This document shows, one piece after another, positions 8,271-16,982 of a stretch of DNA of 21,126 nucleotides; position 1 is the first letter of the stretch; the number at the start of each line of letters is the position of its first letter. The notes below the pieces were generated by a model. It made no database searches. It was given only the letters and a program-made list of their open reading frames with translations, and was not told the DNA's origin. Both the position numbers and the translations under genes were made by a program. This DNA comes from Coleofasciculus chthonoplastes F2-STO-03 (GTDB lineage Bacteria; Cyanobacteriota; Cyanobacteriia; Cyanobacteriales; Coleofasciculaceae): positions 1-21,126 of the forward strand of contig JAVJWO010000206.1 of assembly GCA_040222015.1 (NCBI GenBank). The letters run 5' to 3'.

Positions 8271-9396
8271 TTTTTTCTATCCTCTCCTCTTTTTCAATAG
8301 CAGCTTTTATTTTTTCTCCAATTAAATTTTTCTCTTGATGTGTCAGTTCCTCAGAGCTGTCATCAGAATAAATATTAATACGAGATTTTTTTATTCCTTT
8401 GATCGATCTGATAAGATCAGTTAATTCAATCAGGGTTTTGCCTTTACGAGCTGCTCGCATTGCTGCATCAATCACGGCATTTTTAATATCGCGACCGCAA
8501 ACATCATCCACTTTAGCGAGTTCTTCAACTAACACATCCTTTGCTTTTGGCATTTTGTCTGGAAGATGTTTTTCCCAGATTTTTTGACGACAGATTTCAT
8601 CTGGCATGGGAAAGTTTACATGGCGCACTCGCGTTTCAAATGCTTTATCATAATTTTGAACTAGATTAGTAGAAAAAATGACAACTCCGCGAAATCGTTC
8701 TAAGCAGATAAGTAACTGACTCCGCATGGAGTTAATGGCTTGTTCAGAACCTTGAGTGACGTTGGTTAGTCGTTTAGAAAGTAAGGAATCGGCTTCATCG
8801 ATAAACAGCAAGGCGTTTTCTCGCTCGGCTGCCATGAAAATTGCCTCAACATTTTTGGGTCCTTCGCCATGATACATACTCTCAATTTGAGCATAACTGG
8901 CAACTAAGATAGGACGGTTAATTTTAGAGGCGATCGCGTGTGCTGCCAGGGTTTTTCCGGTTCCCGGTTTACCATGAAAATTGAGTGCTGTACGAGGAAA
9001 AGGTTCAATTTGCCGCAATCCCCACTCATCGAAAACTTTGGACTCTAACTGAATTAAGTCAACAGCCAAAAGCAAGTCTTCTTCTACTTCGTTGGGAACG
9101 ACTAATTGCTCGAAGGTAAACAAAGGCTTGCTATATTTGTATTTTTTTGCGCGTTCTTCAGGGGACAGATTGTAGTCAGATTTTTTATCCGCAGAATCGC
9201 TAGATGCGGCAGATAGTTTCTGACTGTTTTTGGGGATTTCAGATTCAGTCCCTACGATAACCTGGATAGTTTCAAGATTAGTTTCTTTCAGTAGCCTAGT
9301 GACTGCATTTAAAAGTCTGGAACGACAAACCGCAGCGACAGTTTCAGGGACTTGATTGGGAATACCATTTACCAAAAGAGAAGGAACTTCATTCAT
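8260..9396 (-). CDS. Classical-clade AAA+ ATPase (single module) with short N-terminal domain
   Basis: Walker A GKPGTGKT, pore loop SMYHGEG, Walker B LLFIDEAD, SRH FSTNL..NYDKAFETR. Confidence 0.95.
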   Translation of the reverse strand: MNEVPSLLVNGIPNQVPETVAAVCRSRLLNAVTRLLKETNLETIQVIVGTESEIPKNSQKLSAASSDSADKKSDYNLSPEERAKKYKYSKPLFTFEQLVVPNEVEEDLLLAVDLIQLESKVFDEWGLRQIEPFPRTALNFHGKPGTGKTLAAHAIASKINRPILVASYAQIESMYHGEGPKNVEAIFMAAERENALLFIDEADSLLSKRLTNVTQGSEQAINSMRSQLLICLERFRGVVIFSTNLVQNYDKAFETRVRHVNFPMPDEICRQKIWEKHLPDKMPKAKDVLVEELAKVDDVCGRDIKNAVIDAAMRAARKGKTLIELTDLIRSIKGIKKSRINIYSDDSSEELTHQEKNLIGEKIKAAIEKEERIEKNET

Positions 9397-9528
9397 ATAC
9401 GGTAAAACCTGTAAATAGGTTAATAATTTGGAATTATATTTCCAACGTACAACTTATTTTATGCCGTAACTCTGAGCCTCTAGTATTGTTGTGTAAACAG
9501 AGCCTGATTTAATCACTCTGGCAGTTTA

Positions 9529-9870
9529 TTACCAAAATGCTACTTCATTGAAACGGTGTGCATTTCGTATTTTTGAATCTACCGAATCTGCCTCAATACC
9601 TCTTGCATTATGAACTTCTTCAGTTTTTGTATTGAAAATTCCCTGAGCGATTTTATAATTTCCATCGTAAATCGCTTGTTTTACGGTAAACGCAAGATAT
9701 TCTCTATCTTTTAGGCTTCTGCGATCGTTTTCAACTATCAAATAAGCGAACTTTTTAAACCAACTTGCTAGTATCTCTAGAGTTAGGCAGAAAAAGTGAA
9801 GACCTACATAAATTCCGGCGTTAACACCCGCCCATACAGCAGCCCATAATAACAGTGATAATGGTTCCAT
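9529..9870 (-). CDS. Hypothetical protein: N-terminal hydrophobic segment plus one copy of the operon's ~80-aa domain
   Basis: RBS AGGAG upstream; LTLEILASWF...QGIFN...RGIEADSVD aligns by eye with the repeats of 9880-10614. Confidence 0.8.
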   Translation of the reverse strand: MEPLSLLLWAAVWAGVNAGIYVGLHFFCLTLEILASWFKKFAYLIVENDRRSLKDREYLAFTVKQAIYDGNYKIAQGIFNTKTEEVHNARGIEADSVDSKIRNAHRFNEVAFW

Positions 9871-9879
9871 TTTGTCTCC

Positions 9880-10614
9880 TTATTGCAAAATAATTAAATC
9901 TTTTTCGCCAAAAAATTCCCACAATTCTTCGTCCAATTGCCTAGCCACTAACTGGCGACCATAGGGCTTACCCGCCGAATCACAAACTGGCTCATTATTT
10001 TTATCTATAAACATTTGGGTAAGATGATATCCTTGAGGATGAGGTTTACGCAGTAAAGCTACTCTTTTTATCCTTGGATCGTTTGGGCGAGCGCTGACAA
10101 AATACTTGATAGCTTCCTCATAGGTCATCACTGGTATAACTTGTGGTAATTTCAGAAGGTCACGCAACAATTCTCCAGATTGGGCGAATACATCCTGATT
10201 AAAGCCATCGCTAGGGAAATTTTTCTCTGTCAATTTAAAAACAATTAAATTCCGATCAGCGAAATGGTCTATCAGTTTTTTGTCTAAACTTTTCGCAACT
10301 AGCTGGCGACCATAGGGAGTACCATCTTTACGACAAACAATTCGATTATGTTGATCTAAAAATACCTGCCCTAAGATTTGAACTTCAACGTCTTCTTGAC
10401 GAATAATTACACCCTTGTGAACAGTAAAGTCGGCTGGGCGATCGGTCTCAAAAAAAGTTATCACCTGATCAAACGTTACGAGCGTCTGGACTTCAGGTAT
10501 TGCCAGAATTTGCGGTGACCATTTATTAAACTGAGCAACTATTCGCTGTTTATCCTCGTGAGTTATTTTTTTATCTCGATCAGAGGAGTCCTTTAAAAAC
10601 CAGTTCACAATCAT
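9880..10614 (-). CDS. Hypothetical protein with two tandem ~85-aa repeats
   Basis: TFDQVITFF...QVFLD..N..VC...G.PYGRQLVAKSLD..L...F....LI vs TYEEAIKYF...QMFID..N..VC...G.PYGRQLVARQLD..L...F....LI. Confidence 0.85.
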   Translation of the reverse strand: MIVNWFLKDSSDRDKKITHEDKQRIVAQFNKWSPQILAIPEVQTLVTFDQVITFFETDRPADFTVHKGVIIRQEDVEVQILGQVFLDQHNRIVCRKDGTPYGRQLVAKSLDKKLIDHFADRNLIVFKLTEKNFPSDGFNQDVFAQSGELLRDLLKLPQVIPVMTYEEAIKYFVSARPNDPRIKRVALLRKPHPQGYHLTQMFIDKNNEPVCDSAGKPYGRQLVARQLDEELWEFFGEKDLIILQ

Positions 10615-10687
10615 TGCCTAATTTCTATTATTTGCTAAAGTTGTTATTTCTAAGTTTGGCTATTTAGCAAAAAACTACAAATGATTC

Positions 10688-10701
10688 GTAAAATATTTTA
10701 C
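10688..10701. promoter_or_regulatory. Perfect palindrome GTAAAATATTTTAC (fits GTA-N8-TAC) in the divergent promoter region
   Basis: Read directly; no TAN3T at the canonical 22-nt NtcA spacing on either strand. Confidence 0.3.
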
Positions 10702-10930
10702 TTTACAAACTAAACTCTACCCTTAACCCAGGAATGGATACAGAGAGGTTGTTAGGTATTTTGCAGATTCAAAAAATAGCTATATAACTATCATTGTGGC
10801 ACGCATTTTTTGTAGCGGCAAGCTTAATTGGGTTAATTTAGTGTAGAATGATAACTTGATTCCAAATTTTATTTGGCGTAAAAAAGAAGAATTTAGTCGC
10901 TAAAAGTGAAAAAGAGTGTAATATAGTGTA

Positions 10931-12316
10931 ATGCTAGACTCAGATCCACTTTCAGCTATGGACGTTCAAGAAGTCTTAAACTGGACGGATAACTTGGTGT
11001 TCTCGAAAACGGGAAAACATCTCGACTCCCTGCAAAAGGCTGTAGTTGAGGGGACTTGGCAGCGGCAAAAGTATCCAGAAATTGCTAGGAATTGCCACCG
11101 TACTCATGATCGCATCAAACAAGTGGCAAGAGAATTATGGCAGTTAATATCGGCAGAGCTGGGAGAAGATGTTAGGCAATCTAATTTTCGAGCTATTTTA
11201 GAACAAGTAGAATTTTCCAATATCTCAAATTTTAGTTCTGACTATGTGCAAATCGTGGGTGATATTAATTTCTGTAACGAACATTGCCCTTATCCCAAAG
11301 CAAAAAAACACCGATCGCGCACCTCAAACGCCACCAGTACCAAACCCGAAAAACGCCACGATTTAACCGAAGCACCGGAGTGCGATCGCGTCTACAACTG
11401 CACCACAGAACTAACCACCCTTAAACAGTGGATACTCCAAGAAAAAATCCGCATCGTCACTATCTTTGGATTGCCTGGTATCGGCAAAACCACCCTCGCC
11501 AGAGAACTGGTAGAACAAATTAAAGATAACTTCGATTATATCCTCTGGCGCAACTGTACTGAAACTCTGACACTGAAATCTCTAAAAACCAACTTAATTC
11601 AGTTCTTTTATAAAGATAGAGAAACCCAACTCCCCTCCCTAATCGACTATCTGCGATCGCATCCCTGTCTGATCATCCTCGACGACTTCCAAGAACTATT
11701 TACCCCTGGAGAATTAGCAGGTACATATCTGCCAGACTGTGAAAATTACAGCAAATTCTGGCAACAAATGGCGCGAACACCTCACCACAGTTGCTTCCTC
11801 CTCATGAGTTGGGAAAAACCCACAGAAATTGCCATCTTAGAAGGAGAAAATCGCCACTGTCGCACGTTACAACTTGATGGTTTGGCAGAGTCTGCGTCGG
11901 AACTATTGACGAATAAAGGGTTAACCGATGAGGATAAATGGTTGGAACTTATCGAACGTTACAGTGGCAATCCCTCCTGGTTAACTATAATTGCCTCTAC
12001 TATCCAAGATTTATTTAACGGTAGCGTTGATCGCTTCTTATCCTATCCCAGTCTATTTCTGGGAGACTTAGAACCCAGATTGCAGGCACAATATCAACGG
12101 TTATCTGAATCTGAGAAAATGGTAACCCTGTGGTTGGCGAACCAAAACGCAGTAGACATTTCCGATAAACCTGCCGAGTTAGCGTTGTCTGATTCCGATT
12201 TTTTGAAGGCGGTACAGTCTTTGAGAAAACGGGGTTTAATTGAAAAAATAACCAATAACGGCTCATCGCTGTTCGCCGTTCAAGCTTTAGTTAAAGCCTA
12301 TGTGAAAGAGAGATAG
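10931..12316 (+). CDS. STAND NTPase (NB-ARC) with cyanobacterial N-terminal HTH domain and C-terminal winged helix, no WD40/TPR sensor (start may be 10958)
   Basis: KTGKHLDSLQKAVVEGTW...YPEIA HTH; GLPGIGKTTLA; LIILDD; LLMSWE; YSGNP (GxP); ends at SLRKRGLIE wHTH. Confidence 0.9.
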   Translation: MLDSDPLSAMDVQEVLNWTDNLVFSKTGKHLDSLQKAVVEGTWQRQKYPEIARNCHRTHDRIKQVARELWQLISAELGEDVRQSNFRAILEQVEFSNISNFSSDYVQIVGDINFCNEHCPYPKAKKHRSRTSNATSTKPEKRHDLTEAPECDRVYNCTTELTTLKQWILQEKIRIVTIFGLPGIGKTTLARELVEQIKDNFDYILWRNCTETLTLKSLKTNLIQFFYKDRETQLPSLIDYLRSHPCLIILDDFQELFTPGELAGTYLPDCENYSKFWQQMARTPHHSCFLLMSWEKPTEIAILEGENRHCRTLQLDGLAESASELLTNKGLTDEDKWLELIERYSGNPSWLTIIASTIQDLFNGSVDRFLSYPSLFLGDLEPRLQAQYQRLSESEKMVTLWLANQNAVDISDKPAELALSDSDFLKAVQSLRKRGLIEKITNNGSSLFAVQALVKAYVKER

Positions 12317-12363
12317 AATGCGCCCCGAAGGTTTCTAGCCCCCAGCCACATCTGAGAAACCAT

Positions 12364-12768
12364 CTAGGTCTGTCGCCAATTCTCAGTTTGAAGACCAACA
12401 ACGCGATTAAATTCTCGTTGGTTGGCAGTAATAATTATCAGTTGATGTTCCAGTGCGGTGGCAGCAATCAAGACATCATAAGCCCCAATTGGCTGTCCTT
12501 GAGATTTGAGTATGGCACGAATCTCAGCCGCTTTTTCAGCTTCGGCGGTTGTGAAAGGGAGAATCGTCACAGAAGACAGAAAACTGAGAATAATGGGTTT
12601 GATTTTTTCTGCCCGTTGTGGATTGAGGGTTAAACCATAGTTGAGTTCCATCACTGTAATTGAGGAAACAGCAATGTTGATTGGGTCGGTTTGCGTGATT
12701 CTGCTTTGAGTACCTGGTTCGCCTTTGATGAAGTCACTGATGACACAGGTATCGAGGAGGTATTGCAT
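12364..12768 (-). CDS. vapC: VapC PIN-domain toxin
   Basis: YLLDTCVISD, SSITVMEL.YG, G.PIGAYDVLIAATAL, T.N.REF.RV.GL..ENW. Confidence 0.95.
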   Translation of the reverse strand: MQYLLDTCVISDFIKGEPGTQSRITQTDPINIAVSSITVMELNYGLTLNPQRAEKIKPIILSFLSSVTILPFTTAEAEKAAEIRAILKSQGQPIGAYDVLIAATALEHQLIIITANQREFNRVVGLQTENWRQT

Positions 12769-13010
12769 TAGAAAATTTCCGGTTCGCGAGGGGGAAGCAG
12801 TTCATCCCGATAGGACTCGAAAGCGGGGAAATCAGGGATTCCTTGATAAGACAAAATCGCCTCTGGCCATTGGGACACTGAAATGGGTAGCGTTTGCATG
12901 GTGCGGCGTAACACTTGCACAATTAAAGTAGGCAGGGGAATATTAGATTGTGTGGCTTGATGGATAAGGTCTTGTTCGAGGTCTGGCGGTAGGTCGATGG
13001 TAATTTGCAT
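12768..13010 (-). CDS. Cognate antitoxin (VapB-like)
   Basis: 80 aa, MQITIDLPPDLE, 1-nt overlap (TAATG) with vapC. Confidence 0.8.
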   Translation of the reverse strand: MQITIDLPPDLEQDLIHQATQSNIPLPTLIVQVLRRTMQTLPISVSQWPEAILSYQGIPDFPAFESYRDELLPPREPEIF

Positions 13011-13099
13011 CGGTAATTTTCCTCAATTTATCCCGCTTCGAGATTTTATCACCCTCCATGATAAACTCAACGAGGATTGAATGTCTGCGGTGAGGATGA

Positions 13100-13260
13100 G
13101 CTTGCCAAACAAGGACTGTAGCTTTTAATCGCCTCAAAACTCTCTTGAGATTCGGGTAAAAATGGTTAAAGCTATTGCTGTCCAATGAATGAGTTCCGAA
13201 ATCACTTTGGTGTCGAGAATGATTTTCATGGTTCGCCAAACAGGGTTTCTGCCATAACCT
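13100..13260 (-). pseudogene. Internally deleted second vapBC/fitAB-type remnant
   Basis: ATG at 13229 gives MKIILDTKVISELI followed almost directly by LTIFTRISREF* (PIN N- and C-terminal motifs); upstream stub ends ..FGEP* with an ATGA overlap. Confidence 0.6.
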
Positions 13261-13349
13261 TTGCCTCCTCATGACGCCCCAGAGTGAATAAAGCATAACC
13301 GCGACTATTGGCTACTCTAAAATAGAGGCAGTTTTCGTGAGGTGACGAT

Positions 13350-13724
13350 ATGACTTTAGCGAAGAATCCACAACCAATAATCATCCGCACAGAACGTGGA
13401 TTGACCATTTCAGGCACACGCATTACACTCTACGACGTGATGGACTACCTCACGGCTCAATATCCACCAAAGTTTATCTGCTCTCTACTTCATCTGACAG
13501 ATGAGCAAATTAGCGCTGCCTTATCCTATATTGAAGCAAATTGCCCTGAGGTTGAAGCCGAGTATCAATTTGTCCTGAAACAGGCTGAAGAAAATCGGCA
13601 GTATTGGCAGGAGCGTAATCGTGAACATTCGGATCGTGTTGCCACAATGCAGCCCAAACCAGGTCGCGAAATTCTTTGGGCAAAACTCCAACAACAGAAA
13701 GCTAGACATCAACTAGAAGTATGA
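13350..13724 (+). CDS. DUF433 antitoxin
   Basis: IIRTERGLTISGTRITLYDVMDYL...LT.EQI.AALSYI. Confidence 0.9.
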   Translation: MTLAKNPQPIIIRTERGLTISGTRITLYDVMDYLTAQYPPKFICSLLHLTDEQISAALSYIEANCPEVEAEYQFVLKQAEENRQYWQERNREHSDRVATMQPKPGREILWAKLQQQKARHQLEV

Positions 13725-14116
13725 TTTTCCTTATTGATCACAATCTGGGGGGACATGCAGAGATTTTATTGGGAAATCTTGCCAGTCAAGGCTGGTTGGA
13801 GTTACTTCCAATTCGTTTTGTTAGCTTTAAGGAGATCAATCTATCGATTGACAGCAATGATCGAATTGTTTGGAGAACAGCTCAGGCAAATCAAATGATT
13901 CTGCTGACAGCCAATCGGAGCATGAAGGGTGAAAATTCACTCGAGCAAGTTCTGCGGGAGGAAAACACAGTAAATTCACTCCCTGTGATGACGATTGGAG
14001 ACACTGATCGATTTTTAGCAGATCGAGCCTATCGAAATCGTTGTGTTGACCGTATTCTGGAGATTGTGCTTGATATCGAAAACTGGATGGGAGTAGGTCG
14101 CATCTTTATTCCATGA
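13721..14116 (+). CDS. DUF5615/VapC45-like PIN toxin
   Basis: FLIDHNL, D..VW..AQ...MILLTANR; ATGA overlap with the DUF433 gene. Confidence 0.85.
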   Translation: MIFLIDHNLGGHAEILLGNLASQGWLELLPIRFVSFKEINLSIDSNDRIVWRTAQANQMILLTANRSMKGENSLEQVLREENTVNSLPVMTIGDTDRFLADRAYRNRCVDRILEIVLDIENWMGVGRIFIP

Positions 14117-14139
14117 CCACGCCTCTACAACCTAAATCT

Positions 14140-14191
14140 GGTGCGTTACGCTACCCTTCGGGAACGCTTCGCGAACGCTAACACACCCTAC
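14140..14191 (-). repeat. GTAG REP with a 22-bp extra mini-repeat inserted in its loop
   Basis: GGTGCGTTACGCT[ACCCTTCGGGAACGCTTCGCGAA]CGCTAACACACCCTAC versus the 30-bp copy at 7645. Confidence 0.8.
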
Positions 14192-14259
14192 AATTTTGAC
14201 AATTTTGCTCTGATTACCAGTCGCCAGGATTACTTGATCATCATTCATTGGAGGTTCCT

Positions 14260-15738
14260 TTAAAACTGACGAGACCAATCTTTAAACCAGCGTTCTACCA
14301 CCACTTTTGTTTGGGTAAAAAACTCAACGGCTTGTCGCCCTTGTCCATGTAAATCGCCATAAAAACTATTTTTCCAACCACTAAAGGGAAAGAATGCCAT
14401 CGGTGCGGCTACGCCAATATTAATGCCAATATTCCCCGCTTCGGCTTCATACCGAAACTGTCGCGCTGCGGCACCACTGCTGGTAAATAAACACGCCATA
14501 TTCCCCCATTGACCCCCGTTGACCAATGCGATCGCGTCTTCAATGGTGTCCAGATGCATTAGACTTAACACCGGACCAAATATTTCCGTTTGAGATAGAG
14601 AACTGTCGGGGTTGACATTTTGCAGGATTGTGGGTCGAATAAAATTCCCTTGCTCATACCCGGAAATCTTGACCTTGCGCCCATCGACTAATACCGTTGC
14701 GCCTTCATCAGCGCCCTGTTGAATCAATCCCTCAATCCGAGTTTGACTGTCACGGCTAATCACCGGTCCCATTTCCACCCCTTCATCCAACCCATAGCCG
14801 ACGACACGAGTTTGAGCCGCAGACGCGATCGCATCGGTAAAACTATGCCGTGCTTCCCCGACTGTAACCGCCACAGACGCCGCCAGACACCGTTGTCCCG
14901 CACAGCCAAAGGCACTATCGGCAGCAATTCGAGTCGTCATTTCCATATCCGCATCCGGGAGGACAATCAGGGGATTTTTTGCCCCTCCCTGACATTGCAC
15001 CCGCTTGCCGTGAGCGGCTCCTTTGCTGTATACATACTGTGCCACCGGGGATGATCCGACAAAACTAATGGCGCGAATTTTGGGATGTTCTAAAATCGCA
15101 TCCACCACCGCTTTTGCCCCATTCACCAGATTGACTACCCCTTTAGGTAATCCCGTCGCCTCTAACAACTCAAACACCTTTTGCATCGTCAACGGAACTT
15201 TTTCCGAAGGTTTAACGATACAGGTATTCCCGCAGGCGATCGCATAAGGTAGAAACCAAAAGGGAATCATACCCGGAAAATTGAACGGCGAAATAATCGC
15301 TGTTACTCCCACAGGTTGACGAATCATGATTTCATCAATCCCCCGGGCAACATCTTCCAGGTTATACCCCTGCATCAGCATCGGAATTCCACAGGCAACT
15401 TCCACGTTTTCAATTGCCCGTCGTAATTCAGCTTTTGACTCCTTTACGGTTTTACCGCATTCCAGGGTAATCGTCTGGGCTAAGTCGTCTAAATTTTCGT
15501 CTAATAAACCCTTGAGTTTAAACAGATATTGGACTCGGGTTGGTGGAGGAATTCGACGCCAATCGGAGAATGCAACCGCCGCCGCCGTCGCCGCCGTATC
15601 TACATCATCTTGAGGCGATAACGGAACTTGGGCTAAAACATCAACCGTAGCCGGATTAACCACATGAAGCGATTCAGTGGCGCTGGAGGGACACCATTTG
15701 CCATTGATATAGTTCGGTAACAGATTTTTGAGATGCAC
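14260..15738 (-). CDS. mmsA: CoA-acylating methylmalonate/malonate-semialdehyde dehydrogenase
   Basis: [71 protein letters not shown] start with GGAG RBS. Confidence 0.93.
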   Translation of the reverse strand: MHLKNLLPNYINGKWCPSSATESLHVVNPATVDVLAQVPLSPQDDVDTAATAAAVAFSDWRRIPPPTRVQYLFKLKGLLDENLDDLAQTITLECGKTVKESKAELRRAIENVEVACGIPMLMQGYNLEDVARGIDEIMIRQPVGVTAIISPFNFPGMIPFWFLPYAIACGNTCIVKPSEKVPLTMQKVFELLEATGLPKGVVNLVNGAKAVVDAILEHPKIRAISFVGSSPVAQYVYSKGAAHGKRVQCQGGAKNPLIVLPDADMEMTTRIAADSAFGCAGQRCLAASVAVTVGEARHSFTDAIASAAQTRVVGYGLDEGVEMGPVISRDSQTRIEGLIQQGADEGATVLVDGRKVKISGYEQGNFIRPTILQNVNPDSSLSQTEIFGPVLSLMHLDTIEDAIALVNGGQWGNMACLFTSSGAAARQFRYEAEAGNIGINIGVAAPMAFFPFSGWKNSFYGDLHGQGRQAVEFFTQTKVVVERWFKDWSRQF

Positions 15739-15754
15739 CGTTAGTTCTCCAAAA

Positions 15755-15910
15755 TGGGGGAGCTGGGGGAGCTGGGGAAGCTGGGGAAGCTGGGGAAGCT
15801 GGGGGAGATGAGTAAGTTAACTCAAAACTCTACCTTGCCTATTGCCTATTGCCTATTGCCTATTGCCTGTTCCCTGACGAATGACAAATGACGAATGACA
15901 AATGACAAAT
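15755..15910 (+). repeat. Three adjacent short tandem repeat arrays: GGGGAAGCT 9-mers, TTGCCTA heptamers, TGACAAA/TGACGAA heptamers
   Basis: Read directly (15755-15810, 15835-15874, 15875-15910). Confidence 0.9.
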
Positions 15911-16854
15911 TACCGATCAACAACATTCAAACGTCGAGTAATCATCGTCATCCCATCACCGCGAATCAAAACGGCTGAAATCCAGCGATCCTGGGGAGTT
16001 AAGGGCGCTCGCCCCACTTTAAAAATCCCGCCTGCGGAGAGTAAATCCAATTCAAAGTCACTGGGTTGGTTGTAGCGATCGCGACTAATCGGTTCTTCTA
16101 AGGCTGTTCCCAATAGTAGGTTATCTCCCAGGGGTTCTTGGACAATCGCATCAAAGTTAAACGACTGACCAATACGCACCTGTTCCGGTAAAATCACTTG
16201 CAGGTTGGGAGGATTGACGCCAGACGTCAGTTGGGAACGTTCTGCCAAAATTTCCGATGAGACGATTTTTTGATTTTCGTAACGTTGGCGCGATCGCAAC
16301 GTGGATTCGAGTTTGATCATTGTACCGTTGTTGGGCTGAGTTCCGGTTACAGTGGTGACTGTCTCCGCCACAATCCCATCACCTTGATTGTCCCAAGACT
16401 GTAACTCGGTGCGATACATCAATTGAGGATAGCGTTCCCACAGTTGCTTCAGGGCTTCCTCCATCTGAGCGTGAGTCAAACCGTCAGAATGTTTGAAATC
16501 CTGGCTATAGAACTGCATCACACCCTCCACATCCCGGCGATTTGCCGCTGCATCGATTTGCGCCAAGAGTTCTTTTAGCTGAGGTGGGGCGGTTGCGGGA
16601 TCTTCGGCTTTTGTCGCCGTTGCCCATCCCACAGTTAAACCCACCGCGAAGAACAAAATCATAGACCCATTCAGGGAATACGCCTTGGTTTTCGCACTCA
16701 AAGAACCTGACTTTTCACACCCTGGGGAGAAGTCAAAGCCTCTCTCCTTGAAGGATAGAGGTTTGGAGAGAGGTTTTCTATATCCCGTGAAAAGTACGCT
16801 CAAGGAACGGGAAACGCGACGAAATAAATTGACCGGATTGTGCATTAGGGGCAT
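15910..16854 (-). CDS. Secreted NTF2/SnoaL-like domain protein (start uncertain: 16854, 16845 or 16662)
   Basis: Signal-like MILFFAVGLTVGWATATKA; LLAQIDAAANRRDVEGVMQFYS.DF.H.DG NTF2-like helix; divergent from murG. Confidence 0.8.
   Translation of the reverse strand: MPLMHNPVNLFRRVSRSLSVLFTGYRKPLSKPLSFKERGFDFSPGCEKSGSLSAKTKAYSLNGSMILFFAVGLTVGWATATKAEDPATAPPQLKELLAQIDAAANRRDVEGVMQFYSQDFKHSDGLTHAQMEEALKQLWERYPQLMYRTELQSWDNQGDGIVAETVTTVTGTQPNNGTMIKLESTLRSRQRYENQKIVSSEILAERSQLTSGVNPPNLQVILPEQVRIGQSFNFDAIVQEPLGDNLLLGTALEEPISRDRYNQPSDFELDLLSAGGIFKVGRAPLTPQDRWISAVLIRGDGMTMITRRLNVVDR
16710..16795. mobile_element. 86-bp MITE-like palindromic element with TIRs ACTTTTCAC/GTGAAAAGT
   Basis: 9-bp terminal inverted repeats; body is a near-identical inverted copy of 10-83. 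Confidence 0.75.
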
Positions 16855-16982
16855 CGTAGGAAATAGTTTATATAAAGAAATTGGCTTCCAATTGGACAGA
16901 TAAGATGGTATATTCGCTTGCTTTACTACCAATTTTCGATTTTAACTCGACAGAATAGTCGCCTTTAGGAGGAACAACGACC

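Noticed and set aside
7516..8578. Duplicate as a DGR template/variable repeat pair
   Set aside because: The six mismatches are not confined to adenines of one copy, and there is no reverse transcriptase in the window
8260..9396. Calling the ATPase FtsH, a proteasome ATPase or Afp15
   Set aside because: No protease or TM domains and no proteasome or tail-like genes nearby
12943..13423. 117-aa and 65-aa minus-strand ORFs
   Set aside because: They overlap real TA genes; the region is better explained as a deleted vapBC remnant
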